A stretch of DNA of 64,000 nucleotides. Origin: the human T2T-CHM13v2.0 reference genome, Homo sapiens. The stretch is taken from assembly GCF_009914755.1 (NCBI RefSeq), contig NC_060932.1, one strand, 5' to 3'. The notes under the pieces were generated by a model. That model did no database searches and was not told where the DNA came from. It worked only from the letters and a program-made list of their open reading frames with translations. This document shows positions 13,230 to 29,775 of this stretch, piece by piece. The stretch's first letter is position 1. Every line of letters starts with the position of its first letter. Both the position numbers and the translations under genes were made by a program.

Positions 13230-13345
13230 AGGTTGTGACTACCTTGGGCAAATCACTTAACCTCTCCGAGTTTCAATTTCCCCATCAAGAAAATTGTCAA
13301 AACAGTAATACTTGTGATTATTTTATATGGTGGTTGTGAAAATTC
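13230..13345 (+). mobile_element. MIR SINE
   Basis: accttgggcaaatcacttaacctctccgagtttcaatttccccatc. Confidence 0.8.
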
Positions 13346-13397
13346 CATTACATAATATACTCCTGGCTTACAATGACTTCGCCATTGGTGTTAGCTA

Positions 13398-13480
13398 ATG
13401 ATGTCATCATCATCAATGCCTTCATGCTTATCATCATCATGAACATCTTTGTTGTCTTCATCATCATCATTATTGTCATT
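13398..13480. repeat. Degenerate (CAT)n low-complexity tract
   Basis: Repeated catcat runs. Confidence 0.7.
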
Positions 13481-13580
13481 ACCTATTTCTTATAAATAGT
13501 AATAAACAACCCTAATCTCTCTACATGTTCTCATATGCTTTGGCATATGAAGGTTTTATTATCTTGCATCCTTTTGGTGA

Positions 13581-13952
<372 letters not shown>

Positions 13953-14279
13953 TGACACCTTGTGCATCGGCTGACGTAGAGGTTATGACACTAGCAGTCT
14001 CTCTGTGGGTCCAGGCCTCTCCTCTGGGGGGACACTTCTTTGGTCTTTGTGTAGTAACAGTTTTGGTGATGTCAGGGTAGCTGGGACTGCTGCCATTAAA
14101 GAAGTAAGAAAATGAGAGGACAAAAGGTGAACTGGTTATCTCAAGGCCTCTCTTTAAAGCAGAGGTCCCCCTTCCATTCTCAGCCAGGCAGTCTTCCACA
14201 GGACAGCAGGTTTCAGGATGACACCCTTCACCACACTTTGACTTCCTCCAGTTGTTCAGAATCACATGGACCTTGTTTC

Positions 14280-14450
14280 AAAATCTACCTAAATTACGGA
14301 TATTTATTTAATATCTTTAAGCCTCAATTTCCTCGTCTTGTTAAATGGGGCCATAATAGTATCTACATCATGGAGCTGTGAGTATTGAATGGGATAACCC
14401 ATCTCAAGGGCTAGCACAGTACATCTTAGTAGTAAATACTCAATAAACTG
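14280..14450 (+). mobile_element. MIR SINE
   Basis: gcctcaatttcctcgtcttgttaaatgggg...actcaataaa. Confidence 0.75.
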
Positions 14451-15119
14451 GTCATTTTTCATCTTAAAGTAGGGTTAACACTCACATCACAGCTCTTGTG
14501 AAGGGAGTTTTACGAGCTTGGCTTGCAGCCTGGCAGGCTCAGTAGCTGCTGGGAAATATCATCATCTTTACTATTATTTTGTTCCAAAGCTCCAGCCCTT
14601 CTGCCCACCACATCTGGGCCACCCGCAGTCATTGCATGTGTCTAGTCTGATTGGCAGAATTGGCAGCCACACCAGCCATCCCTGACTCTGATGCTTCCAA
14701 AAACGTTTGCAAGCCAAATTCCAGACAGCAGCTCCAGCCTAGCTGCAAGGGGACCCAAAGCTCACACCAGCTGCTCGGGCCCCAAAGCCTCCCTGGCTGG
14801 CCGCCTGGCGCCCTGTGCACCAAAGCCTGGGGCTGAAGAGCACTCAGGTGGTGGATAATTATCCCCGCACTGCCAAAGCCTGCATTTAGATGAGGCATTA
14901 TTCAAATCCACCCCTCTCCAAAGAGCTTTGTCATCTTCCTGGGCCCCAGGACAGGTAGCCACAGAGCCACCACCCTGGGCAGCCCTGCAAGTGGTCTGTC
15001 AGGAAGCACTGCAGAGTTAATGATGTTTATTTTCTGTGGTTTGTCAACCCTTGGAGCTATTGCTACTGCCCAGCCTTCTTACCATGATCTCTAATCTTCT
15101 TGTGGGTGTCTTTCCAAAA

Positions 15120-15190
15120 AGGGAGGGAGGGAGAAAGAGAGGGAGGTAGAAAAAGGAAGAAAGAGAGAAAGAGAGGAAGAAACGAAAGAA
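15120..15190. repeat. GA-rich low-complexity tract
   Basis: Almost pure purine run. Confidence 0.8.
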
Positions 15191-15488
15191 TTTCCTGAGA
15201 GCAGACAGATTTCTGTCTGCTCTTGTTGCCTCCAGACATTCTTACCTTCCCTCTCAAATGCTTCAAAAGGGCCCTACAGCTCTAAGAGCTCGTGACAAAA
15301 CTTTTCTCTCTTTCTATAAACACTCACTGCATCACCAGCAAACTCTGCCTCAGAGGAGCTCAGTAAGATTCCAGCCTGAATGTACAGAACCCACACATCA
15401 TGCATACCTCATATGGACTCCAGGTACCGTGATGAGTGATGACATGTAATTTTTTTGGCAAGAAAAATATGTAATTCAAGTAAACCAT

Positions 15489-16012
15489 TGTGGCAACATG
15501 GAGATGCACCCCCAGACGTCTTCAAGGCAAGACTTCCTGCTTAGCACCAGGGAGTGTGATCAGCAGGCAGCCTGTAGCTCTCAGCTCCCTTGGGGTCCAC
15601 CCCAGCTGCAGAGAGCCATCTTGTCTAAGGCCATGTCCTTCTGAGGACAGTGCATACTCAATGACTGAATGAGGCAGGAGCATAAAGGTCCTGACATCCC
15701 TGCCCACCATGGGAGACTTCAATGGGCAACACTCCAGTGGCCCCGCTCTACTCCCTATGTCAGCCAAAGTCTCCCTCCCTCCCTTTTTTGAAAGGAACCC
15801 ACAGGAAGATTAGAGATCATGGGGAGAAGGCTGGGCAGTAGCAACAGCTCCAAGGGTTGACAAGGAACACTGTCGGGTGTTCATTGCAGTGTGACCTTTC
15901 CCTTCCCAATCCTGCTTCCTACACCTCCTTTCACACATGGGGGTCCCTGATACACATCTTGAACCCCACACTCTGTCTTGGCATCTTCTTCTGTAAAATC
16001 AACATGTACTAG
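15489..16012 (+). mobile_element. LTR16-type ERVL LTR (putative 5' LTR)
   Basis: tgtggcaacatggagatgcaccccca start, caatgactga, cccaatcctgcttcct, ctctgtcttggcatcttcttctg end. Confidence 0.7.
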
Positions 16013-17560
<1,548 letters not shown>

Positions 17561-17627
17561 CAACTTTGCTCAGCATGGTCCATTGCAGAGGCCCAACAGA
17601 TGAATGAAAGAGAGATGGGAAGGTTCT

Positions 17628-17995
17628 TCTTATGGGCTGAATTATGTCTCCCCAAAATTCATATGTTGAAGCCCTAACACCCAGGACCTCAGAATATGAC
17701 TGTACGTGGAGATAGGGCCTTCGAAGAGGTGATTGAGGCAGTTAAGGTGGGCCCTAATGCAGTCTAAGTGGTGTTCTGATAAAAGAGGAGTTTAGGACAC
17801 ACAGACAGGTATAGAGGGAAGACTGGGTGAAGGACAGGGAAAACATGGCCACCTGAAACCATGGAGATGGGCCTCAGAAGGAATCAACCCTATTGGTACC
17901 TTGATCTTGGACATCCAGCCTCTAGAAGCGTGAGAAAAATAAATATCTGTTGTATAAGCCACACAGTCTGTGGGATTTGGTTACATGGCACCCCC
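17628..17995 (+). mobile_element. MLT1B-like MaLR LTR
   Basis: ttatgggctgaattatgtctccccaaaattcatatgttgaag...ccagcctctagaagcgtgagaaaaataaat. Confidence 0.9.
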
Positions 17996-18197
17996 AGCTG
18001 AGGATTACCCATCCCCATGCCTGCACCCATTGCCCCACTGCATTGAGGAGGCTGCATTGGGCTTGTATTGCTGTCCATCTTCTACCTCTATCTAATTCTT
18101 CTCTTAACACTTCCTTTCACAGGTGTGATTCCTTATAAACGTCTCACTTCAAAACTTGATCTCAGTGTCAGCCTCTGACTGACTCAACCCACGGCAA
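17996..18197 (+). mobile_element. LTR16-type 3' portion (putative 3' LTR)
   Basis: cctttcacaggtgtgattccttataaac...atctcagtgtcagcctctg. Confidence 0.5.
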
Positions 18198-18315
18198 TCG
18201 TGCATCATATAGAGAGCTGTACAAGCCCTAAGTGTTAGCTCAATAATTGTCACAAGGGGAATTCACCTGTGTAACCTCTACCTTGTAGGCCAAAAGCTTT
18301 CCTCATGCTCACTCA

Positions 18316-20335
<2,020 letters not shown>

Positions 20336-20345
20336 GTACAAGGGC

Positions 20346-20650
20346 GGCTGGGCGCAGTGACTCACGCCTGTAATCCCAGCATTTTGGGAGGCTGAGGCAG
20401 GCGGATCACGAGGTCAGGAGATTGAGCCCATCCTGGCCAACATGGTGAAATCCCATCTCTACCAAAAATACAAAAATTAGCTGGGCGTGGTGGCACGTGC
20501 CTATAATCTCAGCTACTTGGGAGGCTGAGACAGGAGAATCACTTGAACCAGGAAGTCAAAGTTTGCAGTGACCTGAGATTGCGCCACTGCACTCCAGCCT
20601 GGACAACAGAGCGAGACTCCATCTCAAACAAAAAAAAAAAAAAAAAAAAA
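20346..20650 (+). mobile_element. AluS (Sc-like)
   Basis: gcggatcacgaggtcaggagattgag; TSD aaaag(t/c)acaagggc at 20332-20345 and 20648-20661. Confidence 0.95.
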
Positions 20651-20679
20651 AGCACAAGGGCCAGTTTGTCTTCCATTAC

Positions 20680-20910
20680 TGTAGCTGAGGCAGGAAGAGG
20701 TTCATACTGCAGCACAGTTATAAGAAAAATTAGGCCAGGCAACACATGCTCTCCAGCCAGCATTACCCATCGGAGGAGTGGCGCCTCTTGCAGGAATGCA
20801 CCTGCAGTGGAATTCCTGCAACCCTCACTAATGAGCTGGGAGAAGCTCATAGGAAATGTGGTCTCAGTAAAAAAGCTGTGGTTGGATTCAGGATGCAACA
20901 ACTGGGGAAA
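20680..20910 (-). mobile_element. LTR16A-like fragment
   Basis: gagctgggagaagctcataggaaatgtggtctcag...gtggttggattcaggatgcaacaactgg resembles reversed LTR16A 5' part. Confidence 0.5.
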
Positions 20911-21251
20911 TTAGTAAGTGGTGAAGCCAGGATTTAACCCAAGCAACCACGTCCCAACATCAACTCTCTTCATTACTACACTACCTAATCTCATAAGGCT
21001 GAAATAAGAACTAAAAAATAATAGTAATATGTGAAGTATTGTATACCTGGAACATAGCCTACATTCATCAACTGTAAGTTACTATTGTTCTAGGTATACC
21101 TTTGCATTGCTTTGTGGCAGGTTTAGTTGTAATGCCAAGCAAAAGTCACTTCAGCCCAATTCACCTCTACTTTTCCACCAATACTCAAATCAGGACCAGA
21201 CTTTGTAATGTGATCTGTTTGAAGCTTCAATTAACACAAACGAAAGAATCA

Positions 21252-22545
21252 TTTTTGTCCTTCTAAGACTGTCTTATTTCACTTAGCATAATGCCCTCGG
21301 GCTTCATCCATGTTGTTGCAAATAATAGGATTTCCTTCTTTTTTAAGGCTGAATAATTGTCTTAGTTCATTTTCTGTTGCTTATAATAGAATACCTAAAA
21401 TTGAGTAATTTATAAAGAAAAGGAACTTATTCCTTATAGTTTTGAAGGCTGGGAAGCCCAAGGTCAAAGGGGCCACCCCTGGGGAGGGTCTTCTTTCTGC
21501 TGGGGACTCTCTGAGGTGTCTTGAGGCAGGAAGGGCATCATGTGGTGAGTCAGCTGAGCATACTGTATAATATGCTAGCTCATGTTTTTCTGTCCTTGTA
21601 AAGTCACCGGTTGTCTCCCCATGATAGCTCATTAATCCATGAATGGATTAATCCATTCATGCCCTCATGATCCAATCTCTCTTCAAGGCTCCACCTCTCA
21701 ACATTACCACTTTGAGAATTAAGTTTCACTGTGAGTTTTGGTATTGAATATATAGCAATATGAGTTTGCTATTGAAACCATAGCAAATATATTCCATTAT
21801 ATGTATATACCACATTTTCTTTATCTGTCATCTGTTGATGGACATTTGGGTTGTTTTCCTATCTTGACTATTGTGAATGATGCTGCAATGAACATGGGCA
21901 TGCAAATTTCTGTTCCAGATTCCTATTTTCAATTCTTTTGTATAGATACCCAGAAGTAAAAATGTTGGATCCTATGGGAATTCTATTTTTAATTTTTTGA
22001 GGAACCTCCATACTGTTTCCAATAGTGGCTATACCATTTTACATTCCCACCAACAGTGTCCAAAGGTTAAAATTTCTCCACATCCTTACCAACACTTGTT
22101 ACCTTTTGCTTTTTTTTTTTAATAATAGCTATTCTAACAGGTATGAGGTGATATCTCATTGTAGCTTTGATTTGCATTTCCCTGATAACTAGTGATAGTG
22201 AGCACGTTGCCATATATTAATATGTGGTAGCTATTTGTATGTGTTCTTTGGAGAAATGTCTATTGAAGTCCTTTGCCCATTTTAAAATCAGTTTATTTGG
22301 GTTCTTGTTTTGCTTTTGCTATTGAGTTATAGAAATTTTTTAATATATTTTGGATATTAACTTCTTACCAGATAAATGGTTTGCAAATATTTTCTCCCAT
22401 TCTATAGATTTTCAGTTTACTCTTGTTTCTTTGGCTATGCAGCTTTTTAGTTTGATGTAGTCCCAGTTATCTATTTTTGATTTTATTGCCTTTGCTTTGG
22501 GTATTATATTTAGAAATCATTGCCAAGACTAATGTCAAGAAGGCT
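21252..22545 (-). mobile_element. L1MA (MA9/10-like) inverted 5' segment
   Basis: cttatttcacttagcataatgccc, ttacattcccaccaacagtgt, ggagaaatgtctattgaagtcc. Confidence 0.85.
21358..21785 (-). mobile_element. MST-family MaLR LTR nested in L1MA
   Basis: tgtcttagttcattttctgttgc...attaatccatgaatggattaatcc...aaaccatagca; L1 sequence resumes on both sides. Confidence 0.85.
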
Positions 22546-22789
22546 TTCCACTTATATAAAGTATTCAGAATAGTCAATATACAGAAGCAGAGAATAGGAT
22601 GGTGGCTTCCAGGAGCTAGAAGGCAGGGAGGGGAAATAAGGAGTTGTTCAATGAATACAAAGTTTCATTTATGCAAAGTGAGTAAGTTCTAGAGAGCTGC
22701 TGTACAACACAGTGCTTGTATTAACAACATGGTATTGTGCACTAAAAATTTGTTGGGAGAGTAGTTAAGCATTCTTACCCCCCCTGCCC

Positions 22790-22829
<40 letters not shown>

Positions 22830-23030
22830 TATCTATATAGGGACAACAGGAAATTTTGGAGGTGATGGATATGTGTGGTATCTTGATTGTAACGATAGTA
22901 TCACACAGGTGCATGCATATGTCCAAACTCATCAAATCGTATGCATTAAGCATGTACTGTTTTTTTGCATGTCAATTTTACCTCAGTACAGCCGGTTAAA
23001 GATAGAAAAATAAAATAAAACAAAAATGTA
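22546..23030 (+). mobile_element. L1MA9/10-like 3' end with internal (CA)n and A-rich tail
   Basis: ttccacttatata...agaagcagagaataggatggtgg...agttctagagagctgctgtacaac...ggaggtgatggatatg; (CA)n at 22791-22826. Confidence 0.85.
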
Positions 23031-23099
23031 CAAATCAACAATAATGTTAAACTTCTTTTTCCATCATCCAACCTTTCTCCAAGAACTAGGCTTCCTCCT

Positions 23100-23500
23100 A
23101 CTTCCCAACCAAATCTCCCATCTACTCTCTGGGGTAAATACTTGGCTCCAGCCAAACTAGTTCCTGCACTATTCCAACAATACCCCACTGGACTTACTTG
23201 CTTCATGTTAGTTAACTGTCTGAAGTTGTTTTCCCTTGAGGTTCCCTTCCAGCTCCTCCTCATCCTATGTAGTTCAGTGTCCCAACCCCTCTAGGGAATC
23301 TTCCTTGAGCAGCCCAGCCCACACAGATTTCTCATTGCTCTGAACTTGAACATTGTCTGTATCAGTCACATGGCAATTAATCATGCTGCATGAAACCTCT
23401 TCTATTGTGGCATTGAAACATAAATTTGTAATTTTATTTTGAGGGTTTACATATTGTTTCCTAAACCAAACAGAAAGCTCATTCAGGGACCATGTCAATT
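23100..23500 (+). mobile_element. L2 fragment
   Basis: ctccagccaaact, cctctagggaatcttcctt, aagctcattcagggaccatgtc. Confidence 0.55.
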
Positions 23501-23879
23501 CAAGAAAGCTGTTCAATTCATCAAAATTCTTCCTATGCTTTTTTAAGCCACAAGAAAATTTATAAAAACAAGTTGGACTTGTCTTTTCCTTCAAGGAATG
23601 AACATGTGACTACAGAAAGAGCACTGGACTAGAACACCAATGATGAAAGTTCAAGTTTAAATTCTGCCACTCAAACCATATGACCTTGGATACGTTATTT
23701 AGCCTCTGTGAACTATTTGTCAAGAGGAAACTACTCTTCCACAAGATTTGCTTTTGATATGGGGTGAGAAGATTCCAAGCAGAGGCAACAGACTGTGAAG
23801 ATCTTCGGAGAGGAAAAAAAAAGCTTGATGTGTTCAGGAAAAGGAAAGGAAACCAGGAAAGGAAACCAGGCTGGTTATA

Positions 23880-24080
23880 TTAATTGAGTATTTACTATGA
23901 ACTGACATTTTCTTAGCATGTAGTATCTCACTTTAGTCATCATAATAACTCTGAGAGTTAATCTCACAACAGGGTAAACTGAGATACAGAGACGTTAAGT
24001 AACTCGGCTACACAGTTAATGCATGGGAGAGCTGGAATTCCAAGTCAGCCAATGTATTCCAGAGCCTGACCTCTTCTGCT
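23880..24080 (-). mobile_element. MIR SINE
   Basis: aaactgagatacagagacgttaagtaact...gagctggaattccaa. Confidence 0.75.
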
Positions 24081-24239
24081 GCCTTCATTATTCCGAGTCA
24101 GGCTGCACGGAGCCCTGCAAAGCAGTAGAGACCTGACCAGTGGGTTTACCTATGTTATTAAGTATAATAAAACCACTGCAAGGAGTAAAGCAGGAGAGTG
24201 CACGATAACTTTATGCAGTAAGAAGGTCACATTTTAACA

Positions 24240-25240
24240 GCAGATTTTATCAGGATGCAACCTATATACAAAAAAGTGAACAATATCTAGCTCAATAAAA
24301 TATTTTAAACCAAACACATGTGTTATCAACACTCACATAAAGAAGACATTAGCAGAATCTAAAAAATGCCTCATGCCCCCTTCTAATCACTATTCATCCC
24401 CCAAGTGTACTCACATTGCTCATTTCAAACACCATCGATGAGTTTTGCATATTTTTTAACTTTATGCACGTGGAATCACAGAGTATGTTTTCATTTGTGT
24501 ATGTGTTTTTTTTCTCCTCAAAGTCATTTGTGAAATTTATCCATAATGTTGTCTATAGTTATAGCTCATTCATTCTCATTTTAGTACAAAATCTATTTAA
24601 TAAGCCTATCACCTTATTTATCCATTCTACTGCAGATGCTCATTTGAGTTGTAAATGTCCAGTTTGGGGCAATTACAAAAAGTAGCTGCTTTGAAAATGA
24701 TTGTTATTATGATTTGACATATATATGTGTGTGTGTCAAATATATGTGAATATATATTGTGAGTGTGTAAGTATATATGTATGATGTGTATATATATGAC
24801 ATATATACACACACATAATTCAGGAACATACGTTAGACTAGAACAGCTGAGTCATAAAGTATGTCGATGTGTGGAATGGTTGAACCAGCTTATGCTCCCA
24901 CAGTAACCTATGAAAGTTCCAGTTGGTCTACATCGGTATCAACAACTGGTAATGCCAGTATTAATCATTTTAGCCTTTCCTGGTGTGTATGTGGTGTTAT
25001 AGTGTCTTTAATTTTTATCTCCTTGATGAGTAACGAAGTTGACCATCTTTTCTTATGTTTGCTAGTCATTTATGAAGTCTCTGTCAAAGTCTTTTGCTCA
25101 CATTTCTATAGAGCTTACTTTCTACTTTTATTGATTTTAGGAGAGTATTTTTTAATCTGCTCGATATGAGCTCCTTGTTAGATACAGGCTTCATAATTTT
25201 CTCCCAGCCTGTGGGTTGACTTTTCCTGCCCTTAGTGGTA
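24240..25240 (-). mobile_element. L1ME-class 3' region with internal TA/TG microsatellite
   Basis: tttgtgaaatttatccataatgttg, tatccattctactgcagatg, ccagtttggggcaattac; simple repeat at about 24718-24815. Confidence 0.75.
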
Positions 25241-25309
25241 CTTCAGGTGCATGGCATGTGGCCCTTTGTTTTGGTTTTCTCTGTCCTATAAGGGATGACA
25301 GCTAAAACC

Positions 25310-26310
25310 TGTTCTGAATCATCTGAGAAGGACACCTGCCTATAATTACAGCAAGACAGCCTTGCGCAGGGCTAAAACATTACAATCTGAAGGGACCCAT
25401 ACTACCTGTACATTCCACAGGACATCACATTAACTCAATCCATCAATGACATCTTGCTAATTGGATAGCAAGATATAGCAAGAATGGTGAAGATCTGTGT
25501 AAGAAATGTGGTCTAAAGAGCAGAAAATAAACCATGTTAAGATTTAAGGGTCTGCCATATCAGTGACATTTTTAGGGGGTCAAGCGGTCTGGGGTATTCT
25601 GGGACTTTCCCATCAAAGAAAATGCTGAATTATTGCATCTGGACTTCCCACCACTACAAGCATAATGTCCAGTAGTCTTCATCGGGTTCTAGAGGAAGTG
25701 CATATCATGCACTTCAGAGTACCCTTCCAGCCTATCTACCATGTGACACAGAAGGCTGCCAGCTTTGAGTGGCCCAAGACCAGGAAAGTGCTCTGAAGCC
25801 GGTCCAGGCTGCTGTACCAGTGCCCTGCCACTTGGGCCCTATGAATTGGAAGACCCTAAGGTACTAAAGGTATCCTTGGCAGGAAAAGATGCCATGTGAG
25901 GCTATGGCAAGTCCTAGTAGGAGAATCACAGGCCATATAAGAGTAGACATTGTGTATGGAGCAAGACCATGCCAATAAACAGACCCTGGGATAGAATTTG
26001 GCCCTGATAGAAAAGAAATACCTGATCACAGGGCAACAACAAACTCTGTGGCCAAAGTTTCCCTTAGATACATGGATTGCACCAGGCCCTCCAAGTCATG
26101 GTAGGCAGGGCCGCAGCACTGATGGAAGTTGCTCATACAGGATTGTGTCCTCTAGCAGGGCTAGAGGATACAAGTAAAGCCCGCTAAACAATGGTCCATG
26201 TCATCCAGCCTGGGTGCATGTTACCCAGGGCCCCTCTCTCAGCTCACACATATGGCCACTTTTAAGGCGTTCCTTTATGACCAGAGGAGACGAAAGGCCA
26301 GGACTTATTT
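25310..26310 (+). mobile_element. ERVL pol relic (RT and RNase H region)
   Basis: Decayed YIDD motif reading SINDILLIG at 25439-25465; gaaggctgccagctttgagtgg, ggtccaggctgctgt, ctgccacttgggccctatga. Confidence 0.85.
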
Positions 26311-26329
26311 ACCACTGTCAGAAGGCTCA

Positions 26330-26655
26330 TGGATTATTTGATCCTCCTCACCTGGAGAGAGCTGCCTACCCCAAGGCACAAGCCCTTCCCAGCACCAGTC
26401 TCTAATACCTAGTGGACATGGGGGTACAAAGGCCCGGACCCCATGCCTTGTACTGAGGGGCCATCACTTGCTACAGATCTTTTTGCAGGGCCAGTTGAGG
26501 CCTCTCATGCAACTACATTGTGGTTCAACACCTCACTTTGCCTCTTCTGGCTTTCCTCACACTCTTAGAGGTGTTATTCCTGCCAGAAGTCTTGAGTAAA
26601 CTTCCTGAGTGCAAACGTTCTTCTCAGCCTCTTTTTCTGGAAACCATCACCAAAG
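26330..26655 (+). mobile_element. LTR16-type LTR adjoining the pol relic
   Basis: gggggtacaaaggccc, ttgaggcctctcatgcaact, gtaaacttcctgagtgcaaac...ctcagcctct. Confidence 0.65.
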
Positions 26656-26706
26656 ATAGGTATTCTCCACTCTTGTGAAAGACCCAAAGGCAGGGAGGAA
26701 GCCATC

Positions 26707-26968
26707 TGTATTAGTCTGTTCTCAGGCTGCTGTAAGGACATCCCCGAGACTGGGTAATTTATAATGAAAAAGAGGTTTAATGGACTCACAGCTTCACATG
26801 GCTCGGGGGATGGTCTCACAATCACGGTGGAAGGCGAAGGAGGAGCAAAGGCACATCTTACATCGCTGCAGGCAAGAGAGCATATGCAGGAGAACTGCCC
26901 TTTATAAAACCATCAGATCTCATGAGAACTCACTAGCATGAGAACAGCATGAAGGTAACTGCGACCAT
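26707..26968 (-). mobile_element. THE1 MaLR LTR, truncated
   Basis: tgtattagtctgttctc...gagactgggtaatttata...aaaccatcagatctcatgagaact. Confidence 0.9.
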
Positions 26969-26999
26969 CTCTGTGGACTTTGGGTGTTTACAGTGGAGG

Positions 27000-27340
27000 A
27001 TGTAGCAGATAGAGAGGACAGAACCAGCCCTGAGGTGGCAGTACGTTCAGCTAGCTCTGGGAACAAGGAGCGGGCCAGGGTAGCTAGAGCTAAATGAGCA
27101 AGGATAGAATGGTAGTTAGAGGGGGAAAGTTAAAGAAATGGATGATAACTTGAGGGAAAGTATATTAGTAGATGTAAGAAGCCACTGGAGCAGTATGAAC
27201 AGAGGCATTACATGATATAAGACTTACGTTTTATAGAAATCACTGGCTCCTGGGTTGAAGCCAAGTGTTGGGACCAGGGTGCAAGCAGGGAGACCAGTCA
27301 AGAGGCTTACAAAAATTCAAAAGATGATCCTGAAAAGATG
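27000..27340 (-). mobile_element. L2 fragment
   Basis: gaagccactggag, gacttacgtttt, gaaatcactggc, gcagggagaccagtcaagaggct. Confidence 0.7.
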
Positions 27341-27981
27341 ATGGTCTCCCACCACCTATGGGGCCACTTACAACATCTCCCCCTGTTTTATAGAGAAGGG
27401 AAACATGGAGTTAGGCAACTTTAAGATTCATCAGTAAGAATGGCTGTTAAGACAGAATCTTACCAGGCTCACCTGCTTTTGACCACTTTTCAGTGTAAAT
27501 CAGCATAAGTCAGCGACTCCTCTCCTCGCACTCCCTACACAGTAGGGGCCAGGCTCTGGGCACTCAATAGACTATAGCAAGTGGCACATCTGCAAGCTCG
27601 TTCTGCCCATAGTGTGAGCACCTTGAGAGCTGGGACCCCGTCTCATTTTCTTTGCACCTTCATTGCTTGGGGAAAGGAGGCACCAAAGGAACATTTTTGG
27701 AATAGGTGAACAAACTACTAAATTACTTTATTAATCCCTAAAACACTCTCTGAACTAAGTTTCCTAATTCCCCCATTTTACAGAGGAGAAGACAGAAGCT
27801 CAAAGAGGTCAAGAGTCTTGCAGAGCTGTGTAAAAACACAATACGAATCCAGATCTGTCTAAATCCAGATACCAAACTTGGATTTGAATCATAGCTAGAT
27901 GGAAAATAAGTATAAAAATATGTGGGAAAAACACTGTTAAAAGTATTATTTTAAACCAAATTTATGCGTATATATACCCTC

Positions 27982-27984
<3 letters not shown>

Positions 27985-28016
<32 letters not shown>
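27985..28016. repeat. (CA)n microsatellite
   Basis: Perfect AC run. Confidence 0.95.
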
Positions 28017-28017
<1 letters not shown>

Positions 28018-29044
28018 GTAACTCTTCCTTATAGGCAAGGCACATGTGTCTGAATAGATGTACACATGTATCCATGTGTACTTACACACATATATACCAT
28101 AGATGTGGATAAATATAGCCATGATTTTTAATTGAATATTTAGTAGGTGCCAGTTTCTATGCTAATGTTTCATGTGCAGCATTTCATAAAATTCTAACAA
28201 ATCTATGATTGGCATCACCACTTTAAAAATAAGGACAGTGGGTTTTGGAGAAAGTAAACATTTTAGTCCAGCCTCTAGGGTCACAGAGTTGCTAGTTGTC
28301 TGATGCTGAAGACAGGTCTGCCTGCCTTTGACTGTTTCGGTTCTTCCCATGTATTTGTAGAGTGTTTCTACACACTGTGTTCTCTAAGATATGATATACC
28401 CATGTGTATTTTATGCTCAAAGCAGGTATGCTATGAATGACATCGTTACATATGAGAATAGAGATGGCATGCTGCCATGTAAGGCCTATGTTTCTATATC
28501 TGTTTACTGTAAATGGATCTACATGATATATACATATGCCCGTAGGAAGATAACTTCTTCAGGCTTAAGAGTAGAGGCATTTTTGTAGCCTTTTAATGTG
28601 TTTTTTCATTGCTTACCTGGCATGACGTTAATCTTGGCAACTTTAATATGACTTTAAATTCAATTTTCTTTCCTCCTGGATGCCAGCCACACAACCCTGT
28701 TTACAGGGATCACTAAACAAAAGTGAAGGAAGAAGGAAAACAGGTTCCATCCATTTTCCTTCTTGCTAATTGGGGATTTATTACTGGTTCACTTGCTCAC
28801 AATGGCAGGGAGCAGATACACCCTTCGGTTTCTGGTCCCCAGGCTGGTAATTGGAATGCATGTAGTGTTATGAGTTTGCTCTCTATGGCTGCCTCACATG
28901 GGAGCAGAAGGATGAAGACAAAATGATATTTGTGTGCATTTATTATTGTTCTTGCAGCACAGGAAAGGGCTTCCTAGAGGGTGGTGGGCTTACCCTTCAG
29001 CCTGCTGAGCTGCAACTGATGGGGGTTATGCCCCCTTAGAGTTG

Positions 29045-29500
29045 TGCTCATTCATTGATTCATTGGCTCTCACACTCATAGTGTGATAAACTTTTACTGA
29101 ACCTGTACTAAGTGTGCACCTGTGCTGGGCCCTGTGGCGTACAGATGCCTCCAGCCTTCAGGGAGCTGACAGTGTAGGGAGAGACACGGGCGGTGAACAG
29201 AAAACGACCCTAGAGCCTCTTGTGTGGTTCTCTGCAGGTGACAACAGGGGCCACAGAGGGGCTGGGAGAGAACAAAACAATCATCCTGGGATTCAGAGGA
29301 TAAGTGGCCAGGTGTTGAAGGTTGAGTAAAAGTTCAGAGAGTAAAGAAGGGGCAGGGACATTCCAGGGGAGAGCCTGGAAGCCCAGGGGTGCCATGTTGG
29401 GGGACAGTGAGTTTCTGATGAGAATGACTGTGAGTGAATGGACCTGGATGGAGAAGCAGAGTTCAGAGAGTTCATATCTGGCACCCAGAGGAAACCCTAA
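29045..29500 (-). mobile_element. L2 3' region
   Basis: cattcattgattcatt, tttactgaacctgtactaagtgtgcacctgtgctgg, ccttcagggagctgacagt. Confidence 0.7.
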
Positions 29501-29775
29501 AGGGGAGTTTTAACGACATTGCCTGTGGGCTGGAGGAGAAAAGAGCAATGTAGCCAAGTATTTGAAAGAAGGAGAAGCAGGGCCAAGCAGTCAGAGGGAT
29601 GCCGGGTAGGGAGCAGGAGAGAAGGAGCTGAACGTTACCTCCTCTCCGGATTGCTGAAGTCTGGCCCCTAGAGAGGTTCGGTGGGCATCACCAATAGTGC
29701 ACTTCTGCCTCTAAGGAGATTTATGACCCTAGTGCTTATTTACTAGCAACTGGAATATAAAATGGCCAAGCAAAC

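Noticed and set aside
25310-26310. Domesticated or intact retroviral pol
   Set aside because: Catalytic YIDD is mutated and there are many stops and frameshifts
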